Sequence record: MZ475893.1
DNA length: 64,000 nt
Strand: one strand, 5' to 3'
Position 1 is the first letter of the stretch, and the number at the start of each line of letters is the position of its first letter. Shown here piece by piece: positions 27,229 through 36,475 of this stretch. A program made the translations under genes and the position numbers. The notes beneath the pieces were generated by a model. It worked only from the letters and a program-made list of their open reading frames with translations, was not told where the DNA came from and ran no database searches.

Positions 27229-27311
27229 TAATCTTTAGGGCTGCCATCTTGGTGGCCCTTTTTGTTTTCTGTAAACTACACGCACAATCCCAACAATGCG
27301 AGAACGCACAG

Positions 27312-27686
27312 ATGCCAAAGCGCCGCTTTTATTTGATGTTCTTTATCAGTCAGGCAGAACTCGACGCCAAGACTTTCTATCAACACAACATGCGCATCCT
27401 GACAACGATACGCCGCACACGCTGCATCTTCCTTGTGGTAAGAGAGACTGGTGAAGTCTATGTGCCAGGCAGCGCCGTGTATCAGTCTGCAATCGAAGAA
27501 GATCTAACGCAGATGGTCTTTGACGATCTGCACAAGGCCACCGAGTCTGTGAATGCGGTTGAGTCCTTTGCTCAAGCCATCGCAGTAAACAAAAACGATA
27601 AGACAGTTCGCTACTGCGGCCGCAATCCAGAGGTGAGTGTCGTCTTCTTTGATCGCATGTTCACGAAAGTGGAGGTTCATATATGA
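27312..27686 (+). CDS. hypothetical protein
   Basis: Start moved past the terminator (27238-27263) and CTGTAAAC (27269). Confidence 0.7.
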   Translation: MPKRRFYLMFFISQAELDAKTFYQHNMRILTTIRRTRCIFLVVRETGEVYVPGSAVYQSAIEEDLTQMVFDDLHKATESVNAVESFAQAIAVNKNDKTVRYCGRNPEVSVVFFDRMFTKVEVHI

Positions 27687-27958
27687 GTTACGATCCGCCT
27701 AAGCCAACTACGTCTCTTGGCGCTTCTCTTGCTTCGCGTTGTGCTCACTCCACCAGAGAGAAAGCGAATAAGACGCGCAAGAAATACCCCGCGACAAAGA
27801 CTGTGGTTGCTACACTGACCGCACCTATGCACGCTGCTGTGCAACGTCTCGCTAACAGTCGTGGCCTGTCTATTCAGAAGTGTCTGGTGCGTATGCTTGA
27901 AGCCGAGTTGGCGAAAGAGGGTATCACTTACGCTAAAGAACAGGACGAAGACGAATGA
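27683..27958 (+). CDS. ribbon-helix-helix (CopG/Arc-like) DNA-binding protein
   Basis: TVVATLTAPMHAAVQRLANSRGLSIQKCLVRMLE beta-alpha-alpha pattern. Confidence 0.6.
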   Translation: MSYDPPKPTTSLGASLASRCAHSTREKANKTRKKYPATKTVVATLTAPMHAAVQRLANSRGLSIQKCLVRMLEAELAKEGITYAKEQDEDE

Positions 27959-28590
27959 AACGTTTAGGTACAGTCATGGCGTTAGGTCTAAAAGACAAAG
28001 CGCCAAAGAACACTGACCTCGACATTATGCCCGTTTCGAAAGATGCAGAATGGGGCTCTTTGAGTCCCTTTCACTTGGGGCCGTGTCGAAGCGCAGATGG
28101 TATTATGTTCCACAACTTCGAAAACCTCTGGCAGTATAGCAAGGTCTACGAAGAACATTTGGAGAACACAAACCTCATCCTCGCTGGAGAGATAAACTCT
28201 GATTGGTATCAGTGGCATCTTAAAGGTGCAAGATCAAAACAGGCGCATCGCTATCCTATGGGAAAAGGCCAGAAGGCTTTATTCTCCAAATGGGGCGACT
28301 TGCGCCTTTCGTACATTCCCGCACGTAAACAGATCTATGTTCCAGGCTATGCCGAGCTACTTCTGCCTCAAAAGAAATTCAAACAACTCCTCAAGCAATA
28401 CAAGGCCGGTGCCAACATAATCGTCAGGGACTACGACACCTACGATCTGCTGAAAGCATATCCCAATTCTAATCGCATGTGGCTTGATGCTCTCAACAAC
28501 CCAAACGCCAAGTTCGGTCACAGTTTCGTGATCGCCCTTGCTCTCATACTGCACGACAGACCTCTATGGTACAATCAATGGGTGATATAA
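27955..28590 (+). CDS. NADAR/YbiA-like protein (DUF6939-type)
   Basis: LSPF...DG..F.NFENLWQYSKV resembles the NADAR LSNF..dG..y..Eh.fQa.K N-terminal signature. Confidence 0.5.
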   Translation: MKRLGTVMALGLKDKAPKNTDLDIMPVSKDAEWGSLSPFHLGPCRSADGIMFHNFENLWQYSKVYEEHLENTNLILAGEINSDWYQWHLKGARSKQAHRYPMGKGQKALFSKWGDLRLSYIPARKQIYVPGYAELLLPQKKFKQLLKQYKAGANIIVRDYDTYDLLKAYPNSNRMWLDALNNPNAKFGHSFVIALALILHDRPLWYNQWVI

Positions 28591-28889
28591 TCTACGAATG
28601 GGTCCACGACCTTGAAGGTAACGAAAGTCAGAATCTGCCTATCTTGCCTCCAGACATTTATGCGTATGTGCGCGATGCCGTCACTGGCGCACGTACTCCA
28701 ATCAACTTTGAAGGCCGCACCGAGTTACAGCGTCAAGACAAGAAAGTCATAGGCGTTGTCTATTGGTCTAATCGAGCTAATCTGATTTCATGGACGGGCG
28801 TCGAGCGCTTTCGTTTTACGCTGTATGTAGTACGCGCCTCACGTAAGTCAAATGAGCAACAGGAGGAAGCTCAAGTCTGCACTAATTAG
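28578..28889 (+). CDS. hypothetical protein
   Basis: About 103 aa operonic ORF. Confidence 0.65.
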   Translation: MGDIIYEWVHDLEGNESQNLPILPPDIYAYVRDAVTGARTPINFEGRTELQRQDKKVIGVVYWSNRANLISWTGVERFRFTLYVVRASRKSNEQQEEAQVCTN

Positions 28890-28931
28890 GCTGAAATAGC
28901 TATCGCGCATAATACGCTCCTGTGCTATACT
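28879..28931 (+). promoter_or_regulatory. early promoter (19-bp box + TGn-TATACT)
   Basis: GCACTAATTAGGCTGAAAT-N28-TATACT. Confidence 0.75.
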
Positions 28932-28976
28932 CATAGACGAAGCAACACATAATCTATTCACGCTAAGGAGCGTATT

Positions 28977-29408
28977 ATGACTATCAACAAGTTTGACTTT
29001 CAAACACTGACTACCCCAGAACAATGGTCTTCCGCTGCTTGGGGTTTCTATCGTGACTTCGCAGATCGTTTGCGTGATACTATCGGCCGCGATGATCTTT
29101 ACTTCGACATTGAAGTTGATGGTGGCAGCGATAGCGACCAAGTTGCCGAAGAGATGGTCGATGATGGTGTGATTCATTTACTCATCTCGTACAAAAACGA
29201 AGATGAAGATTTCATTAACGCCAAAGGCGTCTGGCTGTTCCAAGTCACTTACCCAACAGAAAGTGATATTGACGGTGAGTGGTCTAACCGCTTCGTGGTA
29301 GATGTGCAGACCGTTGATATGGAAATCTTAGAGCTGGTGGACTTTGATAACGGCCACCCACGTTTGCTTGAAGATATTGCAGCGCGTGTTAATCACTGGT
29401 TAGTGTAA
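28977..29408 (+). CDS. acidic hypothetical protein
   Basis: 143 aa, AAGGAG RBS. Confidence 0.8.
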   Translation: MTINKFDFQTLTTPEQWSSAAWGFYRDFADRLRDTIGRDDLYFDIEVDGGSDSDQVAEEMVDDGVIHLLISYKNEDEDFINAKGVWLFQVTYPTESDIDGEWSNRFVVDVQTVDMEILELVDFDNGHPRLLEDIAARVNHWLV

Positions 29409-29473
29409 TTGCTTGCGGGTCTTTTACGAAGGGCCCGTCGTCAACAACACAAACCTGTTCTGAGGAGAACAAC

Positions 29474-29791
29474 ATGTCATCATCTACTGAATTTCATTTC
29501 ATCTTTCCAGAGTCAACCACTCTTATCGTTACTGTGGGTAACGGCATCGTCCCTGAGTATATGGGCATCCCTGCTAATCAAGAAACCCACCTGACGGGTG
29601 AGACTGCATTCAACTTTATGCAGAACTCTAACATCGTGGGCGTTATGAATCGTTTTGATCAGTCGCTTCTCAATCTGCTTATTGATCGCCATGAGCAGAA
29701 CGAAGAAGAGGAGAGTGCGCTGCGCCAAGCACACATGCAGAAGCACACGAAGAACTTCGGCGTGTATCTGCTGATTAAACATCACCGCTAA
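29474..29791 (+). CDS. hypothetical protein
   Basis: 105 aa, GAGGAG RBS. Confidence 0.8.
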   Translation: MSSSTEFHFIFPESTTLIVTVGNGIVPEYMGIPANQETHLTGETAFNFMQNSNIVGVMNRFDQSLLNLLIDRHEQNEEEESALRQAHMQKHTKNFGVYLLIKHHR

Positions 29792-29856
29792 GATTTGTGA
29801 AGGGCATTCGTTGCTGAGTGCTCTTTGAAAATCAACCCTGTTCTGAGGAGAACAAT

Positions 29857-30267
29857 ATGAAACATCCACAACCTGGCTCTGTATACACCCTGCGTGAAAT
29901 GCTGACTGAACTGAGTCTGCGCGACACGCCGAATCTCGGCTTCACTCCTGTTTCTGTGCGCTATCCAGAAACGAAGGAGATTCGCCAGCAGACGATTCAG
30001 GATTCGCATCTGACAGAAGAAGAAATGCTCGCTCTTCCGGGCTGGGCAGAAACGAAGTGGCGCTACATTCGTGAAACCCACGAGTGGATCCCTGTGTTCG
30101 TCGCTGTTGACAATGCAGAGATTGAAGCGCTGTGTGTTATCGAACCCTACACGGACCGCTACTTCCGTAATGAGGGTATCATGCACGTTTACCCACGCGG
30201 CGTTGAGCGCGCACAGCATAAAGCGTATGACCCAGAAACGCACGGCACACTGGTTAAAGTGGCCTAA
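29857..30267 (+). CDS. hypothetical protein
   Basis: GAGGAG RBS before ATG 29857. Confidence 0.8.
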   Translation: MKHPQPGSVYTLREMLTELSLRDTPNLGFTPVSVRYPETKEIRQQTIQDSHLTEEEMLALPGWAETKWRYIRETHEWIPVFVAVDNAEIEALCVIEPYTDRYFRNEGIMHVYPRGVERAQHKAYDPETHGTLVKVA

Positions 30268-30281
30268 GCACAAACTACCTC

Positions 30282-30303
30282 AAGCGGCTTACGGGCCGCT
30301 TTT
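30282..30303 (+). terminator. intrinsic terminator
   Basis: aagcggct-tacg-ggccgctttt. Confidence 0.7.
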
Positions 30304-30324
30304 CTTAAACATCAGGAGTCTATC

Positions 30325-30846
30325 ATGAAAACCACCGACGTAGTTCATATCGCTCATCACCTCATGACCCATCTCGCATCGGCTCGTCTCATCAGTGCAT
30401 TGACTTTCATCGGTCAGGACGCTGTGCGTTTCAAAGTTGGTTCGCAGACGTTTGACGTTCGTGGGCGTCACCCAAGCTTCATCGTCCATCAAGTTGAGGG
30501 TGGCTGCTTGTGTGCAGACGCAGACTCTGCCGAGATCGAAGCGCAGTTGAACGGTGACCCAATATCGAGTATGCGTGATCAACTGCCGCATCCTGAGAAC
30601 GTGCAATCTGCTATCATCGATCACGTCAACTCCATGCCGGACAAAGACGTGCAGAACTTTAGCGAGCATCAGGGTGGCCCAGACATGGACACGATGTTTG
30701 AGCAGCGTCTGTGGTTGAAGAACTGGTTGATTAGTCGTTCAATCGTACTCGCCGACATGCTCGACATTGTTGCGTTTCTTGAAGGCACTGAGCGCCGTAA
30801 CTCACTGGCTATGGCAATTGAACTCAACAAAGGGAAACGCGCATGA
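30325..30846 (+). CDS. hypothetical protein
   Basis: 173 aa, AGGAG RBS. Confidence 0.8.
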   Translation: MKTTDVVHIAHHLMTHLASARLISALTFIGQDAVRFKVGSQTFDVRGRHPSFIVHQVEGGCLCADADSAEIEAQLNGDPISSMRDQLPHPENVQSAIIDHVNSMPDKDVQNFSEHQGGPDMDTMFEQRLWLKNWLISRSIVLADMLDIVAFLEGTERRNSLAMAIELNKGKRA

Positions 30847-31343
30847 ACTTTGTACGCAGACTTAAAGCAATCGACCAGTTGCCGTTAATCACTGGTCAGT
30901 ATTACAATGCGCAAGCTATGGCAGAACAATCAGCATTCGGCTCGTGTGCGTTTCACATAACTGATCGTGTGGAGCTTGACGGCATCTCGATGTATATCCG
31001 CTTCCGCACTAATCAGCAACGTCTGTGGATGCATCCTGTTTTGATACTCGCATCAATCGACATTGAACATCAGGGCTGCGGTATCTTCACTGAGCTTCTC
31101 GCAGAAGCCCAACGCGTATGTCGTGAGAACAAGTGGGTGCTGCAAATTGAGAACGTGCTTGAGCAACGCTTCCGCCGTTTCTTGTTTGACCGTTCATTCG
31201 AAACTATCGGCGTTGATAAAGATTGTGCGCACGGTAGCATGTTCTGGTTCTTTGATGAGAAGATCAAAGAGAACGCAACGCAGTTCCAAGCGATGGAAGA
31301 AAACATCCGAGAACGCGCCGCTGCACAGAAGGCAACATCATGA
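30843..31343 (+). CDS. putative GNAT-family acetyltransferase
   Basis: LASIDIEHQGCGIFTELL acetyl-CoA-binding motif A, then LQIENV..RF..FL...F. Confidence 0.6.
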   Translation: MNFVRRLKAIDQLPLITGQYYNAQAMAEQSAFGSCAFHITDRVELDGISMYIRFRTNQQRLWMHPVLILASIDIEHQGCGIFTELLAEAQRVCRENKWVLQIENVLEQRFRRFLFDRSFETIGVDKDCAHGSMFWFFDEKIKENATQFQAMEENIRERAAAQKATS

Positions 31344-31807
31344 ACATTCCATGGTACATGATGTTTGCCATTGGCTGTGTGCCTCTTTTCTTCTGCTATG
31401 TAACTATGCCGTGGTTTCGCGCTGCTGTCAAAAGACGGTTGCTGTTTAAACCTCGTGACTACGATTCGGTGCAGGAGATCTTAGACACAGGCATCCCGCC
31501 TGAGATCTCTATCGAATGCTTGCAGGCTAGCTATCGCAGCAACATGCCTGCCAAGTACGCGCAGCACATCGACTTCTATCCGCACAAGGAAGGCATCGTG
31601 TGTTGTCGCATGAAGTACGACGAGCAATTCCCAATCGCTCGTATATTTAATGGTGTACTAGTCGCAAACATCGGACTGCTTGCTCTTCCTAGCAAAAAGA
31701 TGCCGCGCATCACCATTAACTATTCCACTTATCAAGTCACGGACTTTGATAGTGATAATGAGTACCTGCACATTTATCTTCAACATAAGGAAGGCAAGCA
31801 TGAATAA
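31340..31807 (+). CDS. membrane-anchored hypothetical protein
   Basis: N-terminal hydrophobic helix. Confidence 0.75.
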   Translation: MNIPWYMMFAIGCVPLFFCYVTMPWFRAAVKRRLLFKPRDYDSVQEILDTGIPPEISIECLQASYRSNMPAKYAQHIDFYPHKEGIVCCRMKYDEQFPIARIFNGVLVANIGLLALPSKKMPRITINYSTYQVTDFDSDNEYLHIYLQHKEGKHE

Positions 31808-32852
31808 CGAATCTGCAATGATCGACGAAGACGTTCTCGAATGGCTCGAAGACCTGACCCGTCATAAGTTGCTGGACGTGATTGGCTTAATCAACAATCT
31901 GATTTTCGTCCATCGTCCTGTTCTCGATCTGCCGACACTCGGTACGGACGAAGATGTAGCAGCACTGTCGCACGCTGACCTGACAACGTTGTTCCGTCTG
32001 GTTGCACCAGAATGCTCTGTTGATACAAACACGCTGAGCAATCTACAACTGCTTGGGCTTATGCTCAATCAGAAAGGCGTTGTTGTGTTCTCGCTGCCAA
32101 ACAACAACAGCCCTATTCTAACTGCCCGTACGTTCAACGTACCTAATAAGCCGCAACGTTTGAACCCAGCTTCATCTAAGGGTGAGATTGCTACTGCTGT
32201 TAGCGCGTGGCTATTCGGACTGTTCCCGCTTGAGCTACGTTCTGATCAAAACGACATGCCGCGTGAGAACGGCCTGTACCTTGCCAAAGACGAGCACGAA
32301 CAAATTCGTTTCGGGCGTTTGTTCCGTAACGGCGCAGAAGGTGATGGCTGGACTTTCTGCGAAAGCTATTCTGATGCTACAGCCACTTACTGGCATCACA
32401 GCGATTCTCCTGTGGACGACGAACTGCCTATGAGTTTGCTGCATAGCTGGCTGCAAGTCTCTGCAACCACTTCACCAAACGAAGTGCATAACGAAAACGT
32501 CAGTGTTCTGGTAACTGACTCGCAGCGCATCTTTGCTTTCCTGCGCAGTCTGAGCCAACACGTTAAAGCTGAGCTGGTGGCCAACTTTGATGGCGTGCTT
32601 AACTCGACACATAGCAGTGTCGAATCTATCGGGCGTCTGACGCGTGCTGACTGGACAGCCGCTGCCGTAGCAGTAGCAGATGATAAAGACATGAAGGACG
32701 GACTTGGCTCATGGGAAGAACACAGCGCGTGGGATTGTTTCGTGGCTACGTTGCAAAGTCTACGCTTCAATTTTGATACACGGGAATTCGACCCGATGTA
32801 TGACTATGGGAAACACGACAATGAGACCGATATTGATCGAGGAGACGAATAA
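31800..32852 (+). CDS. hypothetical protein
   Basis: Start at ATG 31800 (AAGG RBS); 350 aa. Confidence 0.8.
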   Translation: MNNESAMIDEDVLEWLEDLTRHKLLDVIGLINNLIFVHRPVLDLPTLGTDEDVAALSHADLTTLFRLVAPECSVDTNTLSNLQLLGLMLNQKGVVVFSLPNNNSPILTARTFNVPNKPQRLNPASSKGEIATAVSAWLFGLFPLELRSDQNDMPRENGLYLAKDEHEQIRFGRLFRNGAEGDGWTFCESYSDATATYWHHSDSPVDDELPMSLLHSWLQVSATTSPNEVHNENVSVLVTDSQRIFAFLRSLSQHVKAELVANFDGVLNSTHSSVESIGRLTRADWTAAAVAVADDKDMKDGLGSWEEHSAWDCFVATLQSLRFNFDTREFDPMYDYGKHDNETDIDRGDE

Positions 32853-32859
32853 ACTAAGG

Positions 32860-33039
32860 ATGGCCTACGCACTGACTGCGATATTTCTATCTTGGCTTGA
32901 GCTGAGCATTGCAGTTCGGTATCTCGACTATACACAGATTTTTGATGCGCTGATCATTCTGGTTAGCGGTGTGAATCTGGTGATTGCTTTTATCTCGTCA
33001 CTTGATGAGGTAGACCATATCTTTTCGTGGGAAGATTAA
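32860..33039 (+). CDS. small membrane protein
   Basis: 59 aa, two hydrophobic segments. Confidence 0.65.
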   Translation: MAYALTAIFLSWLELSIAVRYLDYTQIFDALIILVSGVNLVIAFISSLDEVDHIFSWED

Positions 33040-33040
33040 A

Positions 33041-33247
33041 ATGAAAGACATTGTGCTACACACAGCCCTTTTATTGACCATGATCGTTGTTAGCTTTTTG
33101 ACTCTTCACTACATTCGCTTCCTGAGTCTGGGCTACTATATGCTGATCACTATGACAGCATTCGTACTGGCCGTGTATGCGTGCAAGCGTCTCGCATCTG
33201 CTGTCACTAAAAATCGTTTTAACAAAGTGAGAATCAATCGTGGCTAA
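33041..33247 (+). CDS. small membrane protein
   Basis: 68 aa, two TM helices. Confidence 0.7.
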   Translation: MKDIVLHTALLLTMIVVSFLTLHYIRFLSLGYYMLITMTAFVLAVYACKRLASAVTKNRFNKVRINRG

Positions 33248-33785
33248 ATCTTTCGGTGTGTACCTGACGTTCATTCTGCGCCATCGCCCGCAAGACATTG
33301 GCATTGCAATGGACACCCAAGGCTGGGTATCAGTTCCAGACTTGCTCGAACGTGCTCAATACAAGAAGCAGCCAATCACGTTAGAGATGTTGCGTGAAGA
33401 AGTTGCTACTGATGGTAAAGGCCGCTTCCAGTTCAACGCTGCCCACTCGCGCATTCGTTGTGTGCAGGGACATTCAGTTGAGCATGTGATTCTTAACCTC
33501 AAGCCATACACGAATCACAATGACCCGCTGTATCACGGAACAGCCAGCAAGAACGTTGCGTCTATTCTTGCGCAGGGAATTCTTCGCGGTAAACGTAAAC
33601 ACGTTCACATCGCAACCAACACCGCTACTGCTAAGCAAGTTGGTCAGCGTCACGGTGAACCTGTTGTGTTTGAGATCGACACGTATGCCATGATCGTTGC
33701 TGGCTATAAGTTCGAACAAGCCGAGAACGGTGTGATTCTTACCGAGCACGTTCCATCCCGATATCTAAGGTTGGTAGAGTTATGA
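33240..33785 (+). CDS. kptA: RNA 2'-phosphotransferase Tpt1/KptA
   Basis: ILRH.P, GWV, RIRCVQGHS, LYHGT, RKHVH, RHG.P, NGV.LT..VP motifs. Confidence 0.92.
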   Translation: MAKSFGVYLTFILRHRPQDIGIAMDTQGWVSVPDLLERAQYKKQPITLEMLREEVATDGKGRFQFNAAHSRIRCVQGHSVEHVILNLKPYTNHNDPLYHGTASKNVASILAQGILRGKRKHVHIATNTATAKQVGQRHGEPVVFEIDTYAMIVAGYKFEQAENGVILTEHVPSRYLRLVEL

Positions 33786-34189
33786 CTGAACAACGAATGA
33801 GTTATTGCGGTTCACGTTACATCCGTACATCTTCTGGCAGGTGGTATTTGCTTTTCGAACGAGCTGCCTGCTTGTGCATCAATCGTCATGGTACCCAGTA
33901 CTGGCGAGCAGGTACGCAAGTGTGGAAGGATGTGTCTCTCTCAACTCGCGCCACTTTGGAGAACGAGTTTATCAGTCGTACCCGCAAAGATTTCAAGGAG
34001 TCGAAGTCTGCGTACAACAGATGGGGCAAGGTGATTCGTACACTCATTCTAGGTGCAGGCACTAACGAGCATCTCCACGATTTAGCGTCGATTCTTGAGT
34101 CGCTGAGACAGACGCATATAGGGCGCAAGCAACAGCAACTGCGCACTACATTGGATGAAATAGCTATTCAGTCGAGAACTACCCTGTGA
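33782..34189 (+). CDS. hypothetical protein
   Basis: 135 aa operonic ORF. Confidence 0.7.
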   Translation: MTEQRMSYCGSRYIRTSSGRWYLLFERAACLCINRHGTQYWRAGTQVWKDVSLSTRATLENEFISRTRKDFKESKSAYNRWGKVIRTLILGAGTNEHLHDLASILESLRQTHIGRKQQQLRTTLDEIAIQSRTTL

Positions 34190-34195
34190 TATAAT
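34143..34195 (+). promoter_or_regulatory. early promoter (19-bp box + TGn-TATAAT)
   Basis: GCACTACATTGGATGAAAT-N28-TATAAT. Confidence 0.75.
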
Positions 34196-34246
34196 AGTAG
34201 CGAACGCTAAACAGTCTCGTTTAGCTACTTACATGAGGATATGTAT

Positions 34247-34348
34247 ATGATTAACAACTACTGCCCGTTTCGCGCTGTGATGTACCACGCTTCAATCATC
34301 CTTCTCGCCATTTGCTCTGGCGTTGTTTTAGCCCACGCACATTTCTGA
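34247..34348 (+). CDS. small hydrophobic peptide (33 aa) leading the radical SAM operon
   Basis: GAGGA RBS; MINNYCPFRAVMYHASIILLAICSGVVLAHAHF; below the track cutoff. Confidence 0.5.
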   Translation: MINNYCPFRAVMYHASIILLAICSGVVLAHAHF

Positions 34349-34361
34349 GGAGAATATTAAG

Positions 34362-35501
34362 ATGATGCGCAACTTCACGGCAATCCTGCCAGTAACCTGT
34401 AATGCCGACTGTTCATTCTGCCCTGAGAAAGAAATGGAGCAGAAAGCTACGAACCGCCAGTGGTTGACTAACCTCATCTCGCAGATTAATGATCATGCTG
34501 GTGAGTTCGACCACGTTTCAATTTCTGGCGGTGAGCCTACGCTCAAGCCAAAGTTCCTGTTTGAAGTGATCGATGCGATTCGCACTCAAACGGATATCGA
34601 TAAAGTTGGACTCACGTCTAACGGTCGCTTCCTGAATAAGCAAGACAGCATTTTTCAGTTTCTTGATCTGAACACAGACGACATGCTGGAAAGCAAGCTG
34701 TCCCATCTGAATATCAGCCGTCATTCATTCGATGATGCCAAGAACAACGAGATCATGAAAGTGCGTTACACGTACACGCTCGATGATCTTGTGAAGTTTA
34801 GACGTCAACTCGGCACGAAGCTGAGCTTCCACATTAACTTCGTTATCAACGAGCACAACATCGATAACATTGAGTGGGAGTTTGCACAGGCTAATCGATT
34901 CATGATGGAGAATCCGTGGATCGATGTAGTGTTCCGCGTTGACTATGCAGACGAAAAGCTGAATCGTCGTCTGCGTCGTTACGGCCTGTCTGTGCAAGCG
35001 TGGCGTGATGCAACTCGCGGCTCTATTCGTGATGAACGCATAGCGCGTGAGAAGCTGAAAAAGAAACCCAAACTCGTTCAGTTGTTTGATGGAGTGTTTA
35101 GCGGTACAACACAGGACAATGACGGTACATTTACCGATGCGTGTCCAAGCTGTTTCGTACATCGCAGCCAGAAGATTCATAACAACCACGCGTGGCTAAA
35201 AGCGTCCTCGTACGAACCGAACGTAGACGAAGAGGAATACACTGAGTATGTGTTCCACATGGACGGCGAACTTTACTACGACTGGTCGCGTGCTGAGCCT
35301 GTGCCTGCCGTAGAGAAGAAGCCGCGCAAACACAAAGCCATTCGCATTATCCAGAGAGAAGTGGAAGAAGATGATATGGATGAAGACATGCCTGCATCTT
35401 CTCGTATGGGTTGTCAGTATAGAACTGTCGGATGTTCTTACGGTGAATCAGAATCTGCTGGTGGCTGTTCATTTAGATCTCCTGGCAGCTGTAGCTTTTA
35501 A
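34362..35501 (+). CDS. radical SAM enzyme with Cys-aromatic repeat tail
   Basis: CNADCSFC (CxxxCxxC), SISGGEPTL, LTSNG, LNISRH; tail GCQY/GCSY/GCSF/SCSF. Confidence 0.9.
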   Translation: MMRNFTAILPVTCNADCSFCPEKEMEQKATNRQWLTNLISQINDHAGEFDHVSISGGEPTLKPKFLFEVIDAIRTQTDIDKVGLTSNGRFLNKQDSIFQFLDLNTDDMLESKLSHLNISRHSFDDAKNNEIMKVRYTYTLDDLVKFRRQLGTKLSFHINFVINEHNIDNIEWEFAQANRFMMENPWIDVVFRVDYADEKLNRRLRRYGLSVQAWRDATRGSIRDERIAREKLKKKPKLVQLFDGVFSGTTQDNDGTFTDACPSCFVHRSQKIHNNHAWLKASSYEPNVDEEEYTEYVFHMDGELYYDWSRAEPVPAVEKKPRKHKAIRIIQREVEEDDMDEDMPASSRMGCQYRTVGCSYGESESAGGCSFRSPGSCSF

Positions 35502-35514
35502 TTAAGGAAAGATT

Positions 35515-35751
35515 ATGTCAGACCCAAAACCAAAACCAGAAGTAACAAAAGCTGATCTCCAACATCTGCTGCACGTAGCAGGTGCGTATGAAGGCAACGA
35601 CCGCCATCGCTGGTACGCAATGTTCATCGTGCTCAAACTGAAACGTCAGATGGACGGTCAGAACCTGCCGCGCTCTTGTGCCAACATTACGCATGAGAGC
35701 CAAGACTACGAGATCGAAGAGGCTTGCTACAAGCTGGGGTATTTATCATGA
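35515..35751 (+). CDS. hypothetical protein
   Basis: 78 aa, AAGGA RBS. Confidence 0.75.
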   Translation: MSDPKPKPEVTKADLQHLLHVAGAYEGNDRHRWYAMFIVLKLKRQMDGQNLPRSCANITHESQDYEIEEACYKLGYLS

Positions 35752-36113
35752 AAGAGCGCCGTAACTATTACTGGGATAGCCCGTTCTATTACGGGCTGAT
35801 ACTCTGGCGTAAGCGTATGCGCAATGTCGTGCTGTTTCTGATTGCTATCTTAATCTATCATGGCACGCACGCACCCGTAGTTGAGAACATGTGGATGTGG
35901 ACAGGCACTATCTTCGGCATTCTCTTTCTCGTCTGCTATATCAAGATGTGGGAATACGAGCGCATGATTCTCGAAGCTATGGGGCCGCTGAATAATAACT
36001 GCGTTATCGGTGCTCTTAACTTTGAGAGTCTTGAGCGCCGCCATGCTGTTTGGTATCGGAAGAAATTTAAATCCGAACCACCTAAGACTAACACGTATTC
36101 GAGGGAAAACTAA
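35748..36113 (+). CDS. membrane protein
   Basis: Two TM segments; ATGA overlap start. Confidence 0.75.
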   Translation: MKERRNYYWDSPFYYGLILWRKRMRNVVLFLIAILIYHGTHAPVVENMWMWTGTIFGILFLVCYIKMWEYERMILEAMGPLNNNCVIGALNFESLERRHAVWYRKKFKSEPPKTNTYSREN

Positions 36114-36475
36114 TGCCACGTATGTTCACACAGACTCATCGCAACAAATATAAACTGACCGAAGCTGATGCAGACTATCACGGTGATGCCTGCGAAGCTG
36201 TCTACCTTGAGGGTATGGAGTTGCTCAAAGAGCTTCACTATCTGAAAGGGCTTCTGCATGATCGTCACATTGCAGAAAAGCCGATGCCCATTCCTCCTGA
36301 GTCCAAGCGTTGGTCAAAGTGGATGGCTTGCACGAAAATGTCACAGCTTGATGTGCGCTCCACTGACCGTCTGCGCAAGCGCTATCGTCGTGTCATGGAA
36401 GAACTCAAGATTGCCCGCGTATCTTATACGTTGCTTCACACAGCGCGACATGCACCGGCGGTTGAGGTTAAGTAA
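36113..36475 (+). CDS. hypothetical protein
   Basis: 120 aa, TAATG coupling. Confidence 0.75.
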   Translation: MPRMFTQTHRNKYKLTEADADYHGDACEAVYLEGMELLKELHYLKGLLHDRHIAEKPMPIPPESKRWSKWMACTKMSQLDVRSTDRLRKRYRRVMEELKIARVSYTLLHTARHAPAVEVK

